DNA of 64,000 nucleotides from Blepharisma stoltei ATCC 30299 (Eukaryota; Protista; Ciliophora). The notes under the pieces are model-generated. The model was not told the origin of the DNA. It did not search any database and saw only the letters and a list, made by a program, of their open reading frames with translations. Of the stretch, positions 11,272 to 22,899 are shown piece by piece; position 1 is the first letter of the stretch; each line of letters opens with the position of its first letter. Location: positions 434,001-498,000 of the forward strand of contig CBFDEM010000056.1 in NCBI GenBank assembly GCA_965603825.1. Reading direction: 5' to 3'. The position numbers and the translations under genes are program-made.

Positions 11272-12327
11272 TTAAATTATAATACACTTAGAGCAATATC
11301 CAAGTCTGGCTTTTCCTCTTAATTCTGCTTGGATCTCTTTTATTTCAATCTCCTCCTCTTTTGTGTTTGTGTTTGGTTTTGTTTCAGACATTGTACGCTT
11401 TGGCATTCTAGTATTCGTCAATACATTTGTAATATCAATCGGCTCTTCATCCGAACTTGAGCTTTCTGAGTCACCTTGGTATTTATACTTTATATCGTCA
11501 TCTGAGTATCCTCTTAATCTTCTCTCAAGCTTGGCTTGGATTGGTGAGTAATTTTGGCTTCTATTTAACCCTATTTCTACTTTTTTTGATTTTCATGCAA
11601 GATTTCGACTCCCAAGTGCTTTTTTTGGAGAAAGTAATGGCGAGTCTCCAACAAGAATAAAATTACTTTCTATAGGCTTTACCACCTCAATTCTTTCTAA
11701 ACTTTTTTCAAATTCAGGAAGATTTTCTTTTTCATTTATCTTCGGTACATGAGCTGGCTCATCTGCCTTCTTATTATCAGAAGTTACAATTTCTTTTGGC
11801 CTGAAATATTCTCTTTTTACCAAATAATCGTCTTCTATAACAATATCTGATACTAATAAGTTTATTTCATCTATTTTCTTTGAATAATCTTCAGATGAAA
11901 AGCTCGAGCTATGCGTATGTGAAAGCATCTGCACGCAAGTCGTGATGCTTAGCTTGGCTGATTTATCGCTGCATTCCTCAATCGGGATTTCTAATCTCCG
12001 AAATGTTTCTTGGTTGGTGATTTTTTCTGGTAACTTCAATTCGCATTTTCCTAATTTTACAGGGAGTTTTGCTTGCTTTTCAACAATAAAAAAATTGATT
12101 CAGCCGTTTTCAGGTTCTTGCTTATTGATAATAAAAGTTAATGGTTGCTCAATGATTGCTCTTCCTTGGAAAATATCATAATACCTAGGGAGTGTTTCAA
12201 ATTTTGTATCTTTGTATTCGGCAACTATTTGTATTAAGCTGGCGTCTAAGTGTAAAATTTTCAAGAAATGGACTTGAATTTTATAGCAAAACCTTTCGAT
12301 GCCTGTGCTTTTTAAATTTTGTGTCAT
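11272..12327 (-). CDS. N-terminal C2 (NT-C2/EHBP1-like) domain protein with C-terminal CaaX
   Basis: ORFs 12100 and 11593 joined and extended by two TGA=W; LGKCELKL...LEIPIEECSDKSAKLSIT; ends CSKCIII-TAA. Confidence 0.7.
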
Positions 12328-12383
12328 TATATCAGAAATTTATATGTTAATTTAGTGAAATTCATTAAAATGGTTTAAAATTA

Positions 12384-14192
12384 CTAAAATAGCTCCACAA
12401 AAATAAGCTGATCTACTAAAAAGCAATAATTCGTAGCTGTTCTTCCCCATCGTTTTTTTACTTCTTCTAAAATGATATCATCTGGAGTTTCCAGCTGTCT
12501 TTGTCTCCTCAAAAACTGATATATTTCATTAAATAGTTTCTCTCCCATACAGTCTACACATTGTTTTCTCATCGAATCTCTTTTATCAACGACAATTTTA
12601 GTAGGAGACAAGCCTGAGCTTGATTCTCTTGAAGCTTCCTCTATAAATTCCAGTCTTCCGCCATTATTCATTTGGTTCCTATACATACTAATGACTTGTG
12701 TGAGCTCTTCTGGGTTGTTTTCTGCAATTTCAGGGTTTCCATCGTCAACGAAATTCAAGTTATATTGTCCTGATGCCCGAATTGGCCTGTCATCATGAGG
12801 ATTATTTTTGGTGCCAAAGACATTAGTATAAGCTGAGGCTTCAAATGTGTCAGAGTATGTCATTGTATCTTCGGTAGGCTGGGCATATTTCAAATAGTTT
12901 CTATAGTTTTCTTCTGTGTTCAAGTCTTGAGACCGAGTTAAATTAAATTCTTCAGTCAGCTCTGATAAATCTTCAGCCCTTTCGTATGATTTTTGGTTAG
13001 TAAACATTAATGATGCAATTGTTGAGCCACTTCCACTCAAGTCTCGAGGAGGAGCCATCGCTTGTTTAATTACAGCTTGGTTTTGTTGTCGCTGGCTTGG
13101 CGAAGAATACAGCATATCCTGCTTTCTTTGTTTTGTTCTAAATTTATCTTACATTTGATTCGTCATATAAGCTTCTCTGGCAGCTTGTTTAAGCTTTTCT
13201 GCTTCTTGTTCCGCCTTTTCCCTTTTTATTCGTGCCAACCTTTGCTTCGGCGTCTCATCAGGGCTGGCGGGACTCGGAGGTTCTTGTACCTGGACTGCGG
13301 TCTTTCTTATGCTTAACGATCTGACAGTCGTTAAGCTTTGTCCATTTGTATCCACAAAGTTTTGCATGAACGATAAAACATATGGGGTTCTCAAGAGCTC
13401 GCTTATGGAAATTCTTTGAGAAGAATCTTTGACAAGTAAATTTCTATTTGAGGATTACTGTACTATTGATCGCAATTGAGGGGAATAATATGAGGGAATT
13501 GGTTCTGCCCTCTCTGTCACTATTTTAAATACTAACCCAAGTAAATTATCAGCAGAAAATGCATGCTTAAGGGTACAAAGTTCATATAAAACGCATCCAA
13601 GTGACCATGTATCACTTTTATAGCTATAAGGCTTATTTTCGCACACTTCAGGACTCATATAGTATGGAGTCCCTACCACTGTCTGGGCAGCCTCAGACCC
13701 TTGCAAGACTCTAGAAATTCCAAAATCTCCTAGCTTTACAGTATTATTTCCAGTAAGATATATATTGGATGATTTGATATCTCGATGCAGAATTCCTTGA
13801 GAATGTATATATTGCAGAGCCATACACATTTGAACAAACCAGTTCATGATTTCAGTTTCGGTAAACGTTTCTCTCTGCTTCACTTTTTGTTTGATATGAT
13901 ACCCAAGATCTCCGATTTTGCAGTATTCCATAACAATTATAAGCAGGCCTTCTTCACAGAAGCTTTCTTTATACTTCACTATGTTTGGATGATTCAATCT
14001 TCTAAGAAGCTCTGCTTCCTGGTGAGCCCCTCTTATTTCTTTGTCACTCATTCCTCCCAGGACAATCTTTTTAGCGACATATTGCTGGCTATCTTGAAGG
14101 CTTTGAACTAAATGAGCACTTCCTGAATATTTTTTACCAAAGTTTCCTCTTCCGATAATCCCGAACTCTCTGTATTTTTGCAAGTAAGACAT
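12384..14192 (-). CDS. NIMA-related (NEK) Ser/Thr kinase
   Basis: GRGNFGSA, HRDIKSSNI, KLGDFGISR, GTPYYMSPE; NEK1/4-like C-terminal helices; three 15-nt introns join ORFs 13455, 13149 and 12384. Confidence 0.95.
13138..13152 (-). other. 15-nt intron
   Basis: GTAAGATAAATTTAG; removes an in-frame TAA. Confidence 0.9.
13444..13458 (-). other. 15-nt intron
   Basis: GTAATCCTCAAATAG; removal restores kinase subdomain XI (QNLLVKDSSQR). Confidence 0.9.
14123..14137 (-). other. 15-nt intron (phase 1, stop-free)
   Basis: GTAAAAAATATTCAG; removal restores the Gly-rich loop GRGNFGSA. Confidence 0.9.
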
Positions 14193-14258
14193 CTTAAAAA
14201 ACTATAAAAAAACTCCTTTAGATTAGTTGGAATTATGAATAATACTTATAAAGCTAAG

Positions 14259-15791
14259 CTATTCAGCCATGGTGTCAAGAACTTGAAGCTTGGCCTTAAT
14301 TGACCCAATTAGGAAATTGTCAACGCTTGCACTTTGTTGAAGTGCTTTAACACTCGTCGGATTTGATAAATCAGCTTTGATTTTCTTCTCGATAAGCAGC
14401 TCTTTTTGCTTGATTTTCTTTATTTTTTCTTGAACCGGAGCATCTTGCAATTCATTTTCCCAATTGAAGTTTAAGTCTAAATCTTCTTGAGGATGCTCTT
14501 TTTCGTACTCTTCTCTTTGCTTTCTTCTCTCTCCCAAATAATCAACGACTTTGACTTCTTTTTCAGGTTCTGCAGGAGGGGTGCTAACTTTCTTAGCCTT
14601 TTTGAATGGCTTTTTTTTCTTTTCAGGCTCTGGCCGATTTTCTTCAACTGTGTTTTCTAGAGTTTTTGCTGCTCTTTTTGGTATTGGATTTTTAATTTTA
14701 TCAATTCTCTCCTGCAACTCTTGCTGCTTAAATTTATCAATTGTTGGTGAAAACATTTCTTTGACGATCTCGGCATATCTCGTCTTTTTCTCTATCATTT
14801 TAAGCCTTTCTAAGTTAGCCAAATTTTGGGCTTCTTTTTGCTGCTTTTCTTGCTCAATAATTTTGACACTCCAAGTCGTTGATAAGTTTGAGTTGGATCT
14901 TACCTTGAAGTCAAGCTTTTTCGCCGTTATTTCTTTCTCAGTCTTTTGAGCTTGTTCTTGCTTTAAGGATTCATACCATTTAGCATGCTCTGATAGCTGA
15001 TCTTGCCTTATCGGCTGATATAGCATTCTTTTTTTAGCAAGTTCTGCTTTTCTTTTTTCTAATTCAGGCATTTCAATATCACTCTTGAATTTTTCTTCTA
15101 TTTTCACAAAAAGTGGCTTTTGCTTTTTGATTTCTTCGAATTCTTGCTTTCGCTTTTGAATTTCTTCAAGCTCTCTTTGCCTTTGCAGCTTTTTTTGCTG
15201 CATCCTTTCAAGTTCGCTTTGGTACTGTTCTTCTTTTTTTCTTTTTATTTCTTCTTCTTGCACTTGTTTTGCTTTTTTATCTTCATCGATCATTTTTTCT
15301 AGTTCTTGTATATGCTTTTTTATTTTTTTGGCTCGCTTTTGCTGCTCTAGGAAGTAATTGTGAACGACTTTAGTGTTTTCTTCACTTTTTTTCTTTTCGA
15401 CATTAAAGAATTCTTGTCTTACTCTAGAGTTTTGAAGGTTTAGCTTAGGGTTTTGCTCCATATCTTCGAATGGGTTGAGTCCTTCAATGGATTCAGCAAT
15501 TGTGGAAAGTTTGGCTTCAAGCTGCTTTTTAAGTCTTTTAGCCTCTCTAAGTTTTGCTTTTCTCAGATTAAGCTCGACGTCAGCGGAATTAAGTTTCAGA
15601 AGACTTTTATCGATCAGCTGTTTTATACTGAATTTCTGAGACTGGTTAGTCCTTGATGAGAAGGTTTTCTTTATGAAGTCATTTGAAATGATTTTTGAGG
15701 TTGCATTGTTGATTGTTTGCTGGGAAATCTCTATTGACTGAGGAGTTAGTTTAGATGTTGTAAGCACATCTGATAGGAATGAGCTGGCCAT
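14259..15791 (-). CDS. Lys/Glu/Gln-rich coiled-coil protein
   Basis: Uninterrupted 510-aa ORF, ends TAG. Confidence 0.8.
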   Translation of the reverse strand: MASSFLSDVLTTSKLTPQSIEISQQTINNATSKIISNDFIKKTFSSRTNQSQKFSIKQLIDKSLLKLNSADVELNLRKAKLREAKRLKKQLEAKLSTIAESIEGLNPFEDMEQNPKLNLQNSRVRQEFFNVEKKKSEENTKVVHNYFLEQQKRAKKIKKHIQELEKMIDEDKKAKQVQEEEIKRKKEEQYQSELERMQQKKLQRQRELEEIQKRKQEFEEIKKQKPLFVKIEEKFKSDIEMPELEKRKAELAKKRMLYQPIRQDQLSEHAKWYESLKQEQAQKTEKEITAKKLDFKVRSNSNLSTTWSVKIIEQEKQQKEAQNLANLERLKMIEKKTRYAEIVKEMFSPTIDKFKQQELQERIDKIKNPIPKRAAKTLENTVEENRPEPEKKKKPFKKAKKVSTPPAEPEKEVKVVDYLGERRKQREEYEKEHPQEDLDLNFNWENELQDAPVQEKIKKIKQKELLIEKKIKADLSNPTSVKALQQSASVDNFLIGSIKAKLQVLDTMAE

Positions 15792-16260
15792 ACTTATAAT
15801 AAATTATTATTCTTCTTAATGTAACTGCTTTGATTAAGAGTTATTTTTTACTAGAATCGAAACTGTTGTTAGATAAATATGTTAATTAAGATTAATTTAG
15901 TGCAAAATAGGCAGTTATTTAGACTAATAATCTCTGGATATGAATGCAAGAAAGCATTTTTCAGCTTAAATAATATTAATTCAATTGAAATCTAAATTGC
16001 TGCAATTAAATTATAAAGATATAGAATTAAAAATTTATTATGAAATAGTTCCTTATCCCAATTTCAGCTATAGAGGGGTAAATCCTGTCCGCAATTAGTG
16101 AAATTAAATTATTTTCTGTTCTTAAAGATCTAGCAAAATTTTAATAAAACCTTCTCTAGGTTAAAAACATCTCTGGTTTATTTTAATTAAATTGAAGCTA
16201 TCTATTTTTATTTTCTATTGGCACCTCGAAAAGTTTTCCCTCTTTAATTTTATTTAATTT

Positions 16261-18042
16261 ATGGAAAAGAATTTATTTGCCATATGCAGAAAAGAACCAA
16301 TTGAAGATGACAGCGGAGAAATCCTTTCAGACAAGACAGCATTATATTCTTTATGTTTAGAAAATCTTGTTCTCACTTCAGTGCCAGCAACTATTTTTAT
16401 CATTATGGCAATTTCTCGGTTTTGTCCTTTAGTAGCTCAATTTCCAACTCCAAAATACAGTAAACTCACAAAAAATTCAAAATTTATCCTAACCCTATGT
16501 TTATTCCTTTCAATTTATCCTATCATTCAACTTGCAGCATTAATTACAAATAAGCATGCAGGGGGAATTACCGTATATTATGCAATTACTGAATCTTTAG
16601 CATGATTTTTAAGCGGATGCGTAGTATTTATAGAAGAACTAAAAGGACTCCCAAGATCATGAATGCTTTACAGCTACTGAGGAATTTCATTTATTTCATC
16701 GTTATTAAAATCTCTCACAAGAATTTATGTGCTATTTAAAGATGAATTTATATGCTGGAGCTGATTTTTCCATTTAATTGAAAGTTTATGCTCAGCAACT
16801 ATATTTTCATTAGCTCTCCCTGAAACCCGTAATAGAACATATACAGTTGGATTTACACAGAATACACAAATGATCCCCTTTCTTCCAAAACTGCTTATTA
16901 TTTGACTTATGGTAAATGGGCAGCTTCTTTATGGGTTGGCAGTTTTGATTTTACCATCATACGCATCAGAGCTTGATGCATCTCCTACATGAATTGGTTT
17001 AATTTTTGGAGCCTATGCAGCATCTATATTATTTTCATCCCCAATTTTTGCTAAGCTTTCTGTAAAATTAACATAGGAAATCTTTGGAAGAGTAAAAATA
17101 ATTGTATTGGGAAGTTTCACCCTAAGTTTTGCAACTCTGCTTTTTGCTTTTTCTGATTCAATTTGGATGCTCATTTTCTCAAGAATACTTCAAGGTGTTG
17201 CTGCAGCGGCGAACTTTACTCCAGCTCTAGCATTGATCACTGACATTTCGCCTTCCCATAAACTTGGTGAGGTTTTAGGAGAAATTACAGGATGAAGTGG
17301 ATTGGGGATGCTTATAGGCCCTCCTTTAGGAGGAATATTGTATCATCTTGGAGGGTATTCATTCCCATTCATTATAGGATCTGCAATTACCTTCATTCAG
17401 GCTGTGGCTGTATTTGTATTTCTAAAAGATACGGAGAAAAAAAAAGAAAACACTTCAGGGAAATTAAGTTTATTTAGAGGGGAATTTATAGAGATTATTG
17501 GAGTAATTATAATTGGATCTGGAAGTTTAACAATGCTTGAGCCAATGATTCCCCTGATTTTATATTCAAAATTCGCTATCAACCCTCTACAAATGGGGCT
17601 TATATTAGCACTTTCAGTGCTCTCATTTGGCACTATCTCACCGCTTGCTGGGAAAATATCAGATCGTTCAGGAAGAAGGCCAATAATTATAGTTGGAATG
17701 CTCTTTTTAGGTGTTTTGCTGCCTCTTGTTTGCCTACCAGACTCAATATTGCTTGAAACATTTTGTATGGCTCTAATTGGTGCAGCATCTTCGCTAGTGA
17801 TGGTTCCAGTCCTACCCGAGCTCGCAGACACAGTAAGAAAAGTGGAATCATCTAACTATGAGCAAATTTACGCAACTTTTAATTCAAGCTATGCAGTTGG
17901 AAATATTGCGGGGCCTGTTTTAGGAGGATTACTTATAAGCTATTTAGGTTTCGCATATACACTTATTTGTTTTGCTTTGCTTATAATTGGCTATGCAATA
18001 TTTTTGGCAATTGCTTCGCAAAGCAATAAGGCGTTAGAATAA
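16261..18042 (+). CDS. MFS transporter (SLC18/DHA1-like) with an N-terminal multi-TM extension resembling ABCC TMD0
   Basis: One frame with seven TGA=W and intron 17062-17076; MFS motifs KLSEIFGR, RILQG, GKISDRSGRR. Confidence 0.85.
17062..17076 (+). other. 15-nt intron
   Basis: GTAAAATTAACATAG; removal restores MFS motif A. Confidence 0.9.
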
Positions 18043-18137
18043 TTGCTGTACACTATTATAGTCCTTCCTGCAAATTCATAGATTCAATAGCTTCAATATA
18101 TAGATCCTTTAAGAGAATAATTAATAGAAATTATAAA

Positions 18138-19070
18138 TTATTGGATATTTTTTTGAAGATTTGGATAATTAGAATAGTCAGATTGAGCGGGTGGCCTACT
18201 TAAGTCTGCAATGCGAATTTCATTCGGTATAAGTATTTGCGGCAATGGTCCAAAAGATGCTTCAGGCTGATTCGCCTGTGTGTAACTTGGGAATAAGCCA
18301 GGAATTTGCTCTCCTTGATTTGGAAGTATAGGTGGTATCTGAAGTTCAAATTCTCCATGCTCTCCTTCTCTGTCTTTTCGCCTTTTATTTCTGTATGCTA
18401 CAATTCCAAAGGGAAAAAAAGCAATAACCACTATAGGTATAAAAATTAATAAAAAGGTTGCCATCCCTGGTCCATTTCTCATGCAGAGATTTGGCGATTC
18501 AAGACTACGAGTGGAGTGACCGTTATTGTAGTGTTGAGCAATCTCGTTACAGTCACCATCATAAACACCTTTTGCGTTAATTAACCAGACGAAGAAGGCA
18601 ATATAATGTCCAATACAAGAGCACGTAGAACATACAAATGAACAAAAAAAGCAATTCACGCTATAAGCAAAAGCAATGAGAACAATTGCCCATGCTACAA
18701 GAGCAGCAATTGAAAGAATATCAAAAAGTATAAAAGTTGAGCCTGATCCATTTAAATGATGAAACATATCGCATCAAGCTTTATAAGGATTTGCTATGCC
18801 ACTCTGGTTAAATTTGCAATAGTAATCTTCCTTGTCTTGATAAGATGAATCAGTATCTTGTCCATCATATTCAGTTAGTCTTAAAATAGCACCTTTGAAA
18901 GAATTGAAGTCATTTCCTTGATTTTTAGACAAATCAAGCTCTACCCAACTATCTGTTATTAAACTGAAAAGTATGCAAGCTATAATAACAAGCTGCAGAC
19001 CTGCAAATACTGCTCAAAATATTCGGTGATCTTTATTTCAAATTTTTAGCTCTAGAACAGTCAATTTCAT
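18138..19070 (-). CDS. Claudin/amastin-like tetraspan membrane protein, paralog A (310 aa)
   Basis: ORF 18138 extends to ATG 19070 through three TGA; four hydrophobic helices, Cys-containing loops, Pro/Gln-rich tail; collinear with 20123-21055. Confidence 0.8.
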
Positions 19071-20122
19071 CTTGAATTAATTTTTGCTTAATTTGTTAAT
19101 CATTCTTTGAAAGCAAATGGTATTGGCAATAATAAGCAGTATAACTGAAATATAGCGAATTAATAACAGCACATTAGAAACTGATTTCAGATACTTTACA
19201 AATTTGGTGAAAATATAGAAGCATTAAAATGAAACTTTATATATATATCCTTATTAAATATTTAACAACATTCTATTTAATAGTTTTAAAATATTTATTT
19301 CAGTCTGATACTTAGATAAATTGTCTCAACAATTATCATGCTTCTTAATAAATTTCTATTCCAAATCATTAAAAATCGCAAATAGAAAAATTATATTAAA
19401 TATATTTATATCTCATAAGCTTCTTATTGCATGATTTTTAATTTATTATCTTTTTTCTGCAAGTGATTTAGTTATGCATGGCCTTTATTCTAAATTTTGA
19501 ATAGTGGCCTCGCATTCAATCTTATATAACGCTAATTTATATAGTAAAGAGTAGACCCCTTAAAATATTATATGCCAAAAGCACGACTAAACTTAATGAA
19601 GGCATAAGGCAAAGCTTAATTACGCTATAATAAAGCCCATGGGATTATAAAATTGCAAGAGAACTAATTGAAAAAGATAAGATTTATTATTATATATTTC
19701 ACATTCTTCAAGCTCGATAGTGCTATAAAATAAGTTTGTCCCTTATTCATCAAACATCTGCTTTCTTTCTTTAGCTTTTATATGAACATCAATTGATTAT
19801 ATGCTGCTTTTCTCTCAGATGCCTTGAAGTTTGACCCGGATAGATGTTTAAAAAGTTTTAATTGCTTGATGTCATTAAATTTTTCTTACCTCATCTATCT
19901 TTGTTATTTTGTTAAGTGCCTATAAAACTTTTATAAATTTGAAAACCACACTCAACTCTTTTAATGCACGAGTCATTTACTTATCGTTTCCTCACTTACT
20001 CTAAATTCTTCACTTGCAATTGATCGTATTTTACAATATTGTACTTCAAGCTAGCATATGTTCGATCATCATCACTAACAAATCACATTTAGAATTAATT
20101 ATCTAGATATAATAAATATGAA

Positions 20123-21055
20123 TTAGTCAAGAGTTTTTTGGAATGTTGGATAGCTGTTTTGACCTGGCGGAGTAGGTTGCATGTTGAAACCATTCAAAGG
20201 ATACGGAATTCCATTTTGGATAGGCTCTTGCAAAGATGAGCCATATGGAACTCCTGCCTGAATCACTGGGTAACCTTGAACTATAATTGGAGTTTGCCCT
20301 CCATTTTGAATTTGCAATGAATTTGGTATTTCTAGTGCAAACTCTTGTTTTTCGCCTTCTCGGTCTTGTTGTCTTTTGTTTCGATAAGCGATGCAGCCGA
20401 TAGGTATATAAGCAATAACTACTATCGGTAAAAATACAGCTAAAAAAGTTGCTAAAATTGGTCCATCTCTAATGCAAAGTCGTGGAGGCTTAAGATCACT
20501 CTTATAATCGCCATCATCAAAGCTTTCAGCAATGTCGTTGCAATTCCCATCATAATCTCCATTTGATACTGCCAGCCAGCTAAAAAACGCAATAAAATGC
20601 GCTATTCATGAGCATGCAGAACAGCAAAATGAGCATGGAAGGCAATTAACACTAAACACAAATCCAATCAAGACTGCTCCCCAAGCAACCAGGCAACCTA
20701 TTGAAATGATCTCAAATACTGCGAAAACTCCGAAGCCTCTGCGCAAATTGTCAAACATATCGCACCAGGCGTTATAAAGATTTGGCATAACGTTTGGGTT
20801 GGGATCACAATAGTAGTCTGCTGCATCTTTATAAGATACTTCAATATCGTCTCCATTATAATGGGTTACTTCCATAATGCTTCCTTCAAAAGATTGAAAG
20901 TCTTCTCCTAACCCATCTGATATATCAAGTTTCACCCAGCTCTTTGTGCCAAGGCTGCCAACCATGCAAGCGATAATAAATAGTTGTAGGAATACAAATA
21001 TTGCCCAACAGATTTTGTGATCGAAATTGCAAACTCTTAGCTTCACAATATTCAT
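20123..21055 (-). CDS. Claudin/amastin-like tetraspan membrane protein, paralog B (310 aa)
   Basis: ORFs 20606 and 20123 joined by one TGA; shares DH..W, SWV.LD, DYYC, AWCDMF and AYRNKR with paralog A. Confidence 0.8.
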
Positions 21056-21389
21056 TTTAGAAACTATAAATTATTTCTGGTTAAATGCTCTATTATATGA
21101 AAAAATAAAGGCCCATGAAAGGAATTTTTAATATAGTGAAAGCAAGCGATTTAATAGCCAACTTATTTGGTTTGCTTAAAAGAAAAAATATAGAAGAATT
21201 AAAATGAATTTCTGTTATAGGAAATTTCGTCTAAGCATTTTGTTGATTAATTTATTTAGCCTTTGTATTAAATTTCAAACTTATTTACTTAAATCTGAAT
21301 ATTCATCTAATCCAGTTCTATCAAGAAATTATCTTCTTGATAAGGACTTCTCCTTCGTAGCTTTTCTCAAGAATTCTTGAAGGATAGAT

Positions 21390-21893
21390 ATACTCAACTA
21401 TTTGCAAAGCTGAATTAGGGATTTTGATGGCAAACTCATCTCTGCATTTCTCTTGGCTTTTCGCGTACTAAATGCAAAAGTGAATAAAAAACAGCCATAT
21501 TTCATAATAAATGCAATAAGGGCTGCTCCTTAGGCCAAGCCGGGAGACAACCACTATGATTTCTATTAAAATATAAATCACAGAAACTCTTTTTAAATCC
21601 TCAAGCATACTGCCATCATGCTGCATAATTATCTGATTGATATTCTAATTTGCATTTGTAGTCTGCTTCATCTAGATAGTTCGTGGGATTACTTTTACTT
21701 CAAAATGTATAGTCCGATTAAATAACAATCAAAAAACTGAAGATACAATCATTATTTTCATCAGAATCTAGCTGGACCCAATTTATTGTTCAAAGCGCCT
21801 CTATCATACATGATATTAGAGATGGCTATATTAACTACCCAAAATATCTTGTGGTCCATCTGAAGATTTTCAGATAGAGTAATTTTATTGCAT
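21390..21893 (-). pseudogene. Decayed third tetraspan paralog
   Basis: Collinear fragments MDHKIFWV, LISCMI...NWVQLD, NYLDEADYKC, YAAW/CSMLEDLKR, LA*GAALIAF and DEFAIKIPNSALQI, with stops, frameshifts and an internal deletion; end approximate. Confidence 0.8.
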
Positions 21894-22105
21894 TACTGGT
21901 TAATATAAACCCACTTGTAAATTAAGCCGTTTAAGAAAAGCTATAATCAAATTTGAAGGATCTATTTCTGGACATGAATAAATGTTCCATTCTTGAGGCA
22001 AATATAGAAATCGATTCATCTCTAAAATGCAATTCCATCTCTACTTGACTGTAAGTGATTTGATACATTAAATAATAATTTAATTCATATTAATTTATTT
22101 CAAAT

Positions 22106-22615
22106 ATGTTCAAAAAGCCAGAATACAACCTTTCAAATAAACCAAAGCCAAGGAGAAGAGGACGCTTTGAGCTATCGGAAGAGCAAAAGCAAGAAATAAA
22201 AGAAGCTTTTGATCTCTTTGACACTGATAAAACTGGTAGCATTGACTATCATGAACTTAAAGTAGCAATGCGCGCTCTGGGCTTCGATGTTAAAAAGCTT
22301 GAAGTTATTGATCTAATGAGGCAATATGATAAAGAGAATTCTGGCAGAATTGACTATCAGGATTTCTTAGATATCATGACCCAGAAGATTGGTGATAGAG
22401 ATCCTAAAGAAGAAGTTTTGAAAGCATTTCGATTATTTGACGACGATGGAACTGGATACATAACACTCAAAAACTTAAGAAGAGTTGCAAGAGAACTGGG
22501 AGAGCATCTATCTGATGAAGAATTGAAAGCGATGATTGATGAATTCGATAAGGATAGTGATGGGCAAATCAGCCAAGAAGAATTTTTCAATATTATGAAG
22601 CCAAATATATTTTAA
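22106..22615 (+). CDS. CETN: Centrin
   Basis: [20 protein letters not shown]...[11 protein letters not shown], four EF-hands, [12 protein letters not shown]. Confidence 0.95.
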   Translation: MFKKPEYNLSNKPKPRRRGRFELSEEQKQEIKEAFDLFDTDKTGSIDYHELKVAMRALGFDVKKLEVIDLMRQYDKENSGRIDYQDFLDIMTQKIGDRDPKEEVLKAFRLFDDDGTGYITLKNLRRVARELGEHLSDEELKAMIDEFDKDSDGQISQEEFFNIMKPNIF

Positions 22616-22899
22616 AGCGCGAATTAATTATCAATTACTTAATTATTAGATATGACTTTTTGATCTAAAATTGTTGTTTTCCTTATATAAAGCACCCAAT
22701 TAAGTTTAAGACTTTATACCAATGGTTTTTAAAAATAAGTTCTCTACCCTTACTAATAGGAGTATCTCTCATTAAATATTTATTAAAGAATTTGATAAAA
22801 AATTGTGAAAAAAATAAATATTAAATTTCTTTGTAATATTCAGTGAATGTGTTTTATTGATTTAGTCGTAAAGACGGATTAAAAGTCTTTATATATAAT

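Noticed and set aside
20606-20608. TGA in paralog B aligning with Cys (TGT) in paralog A, suggesting Sec or UGA=Cys
   Set aside because: Single site, one substitution from TGT; no SECIS recognised; all other informative TGAs align with Trp
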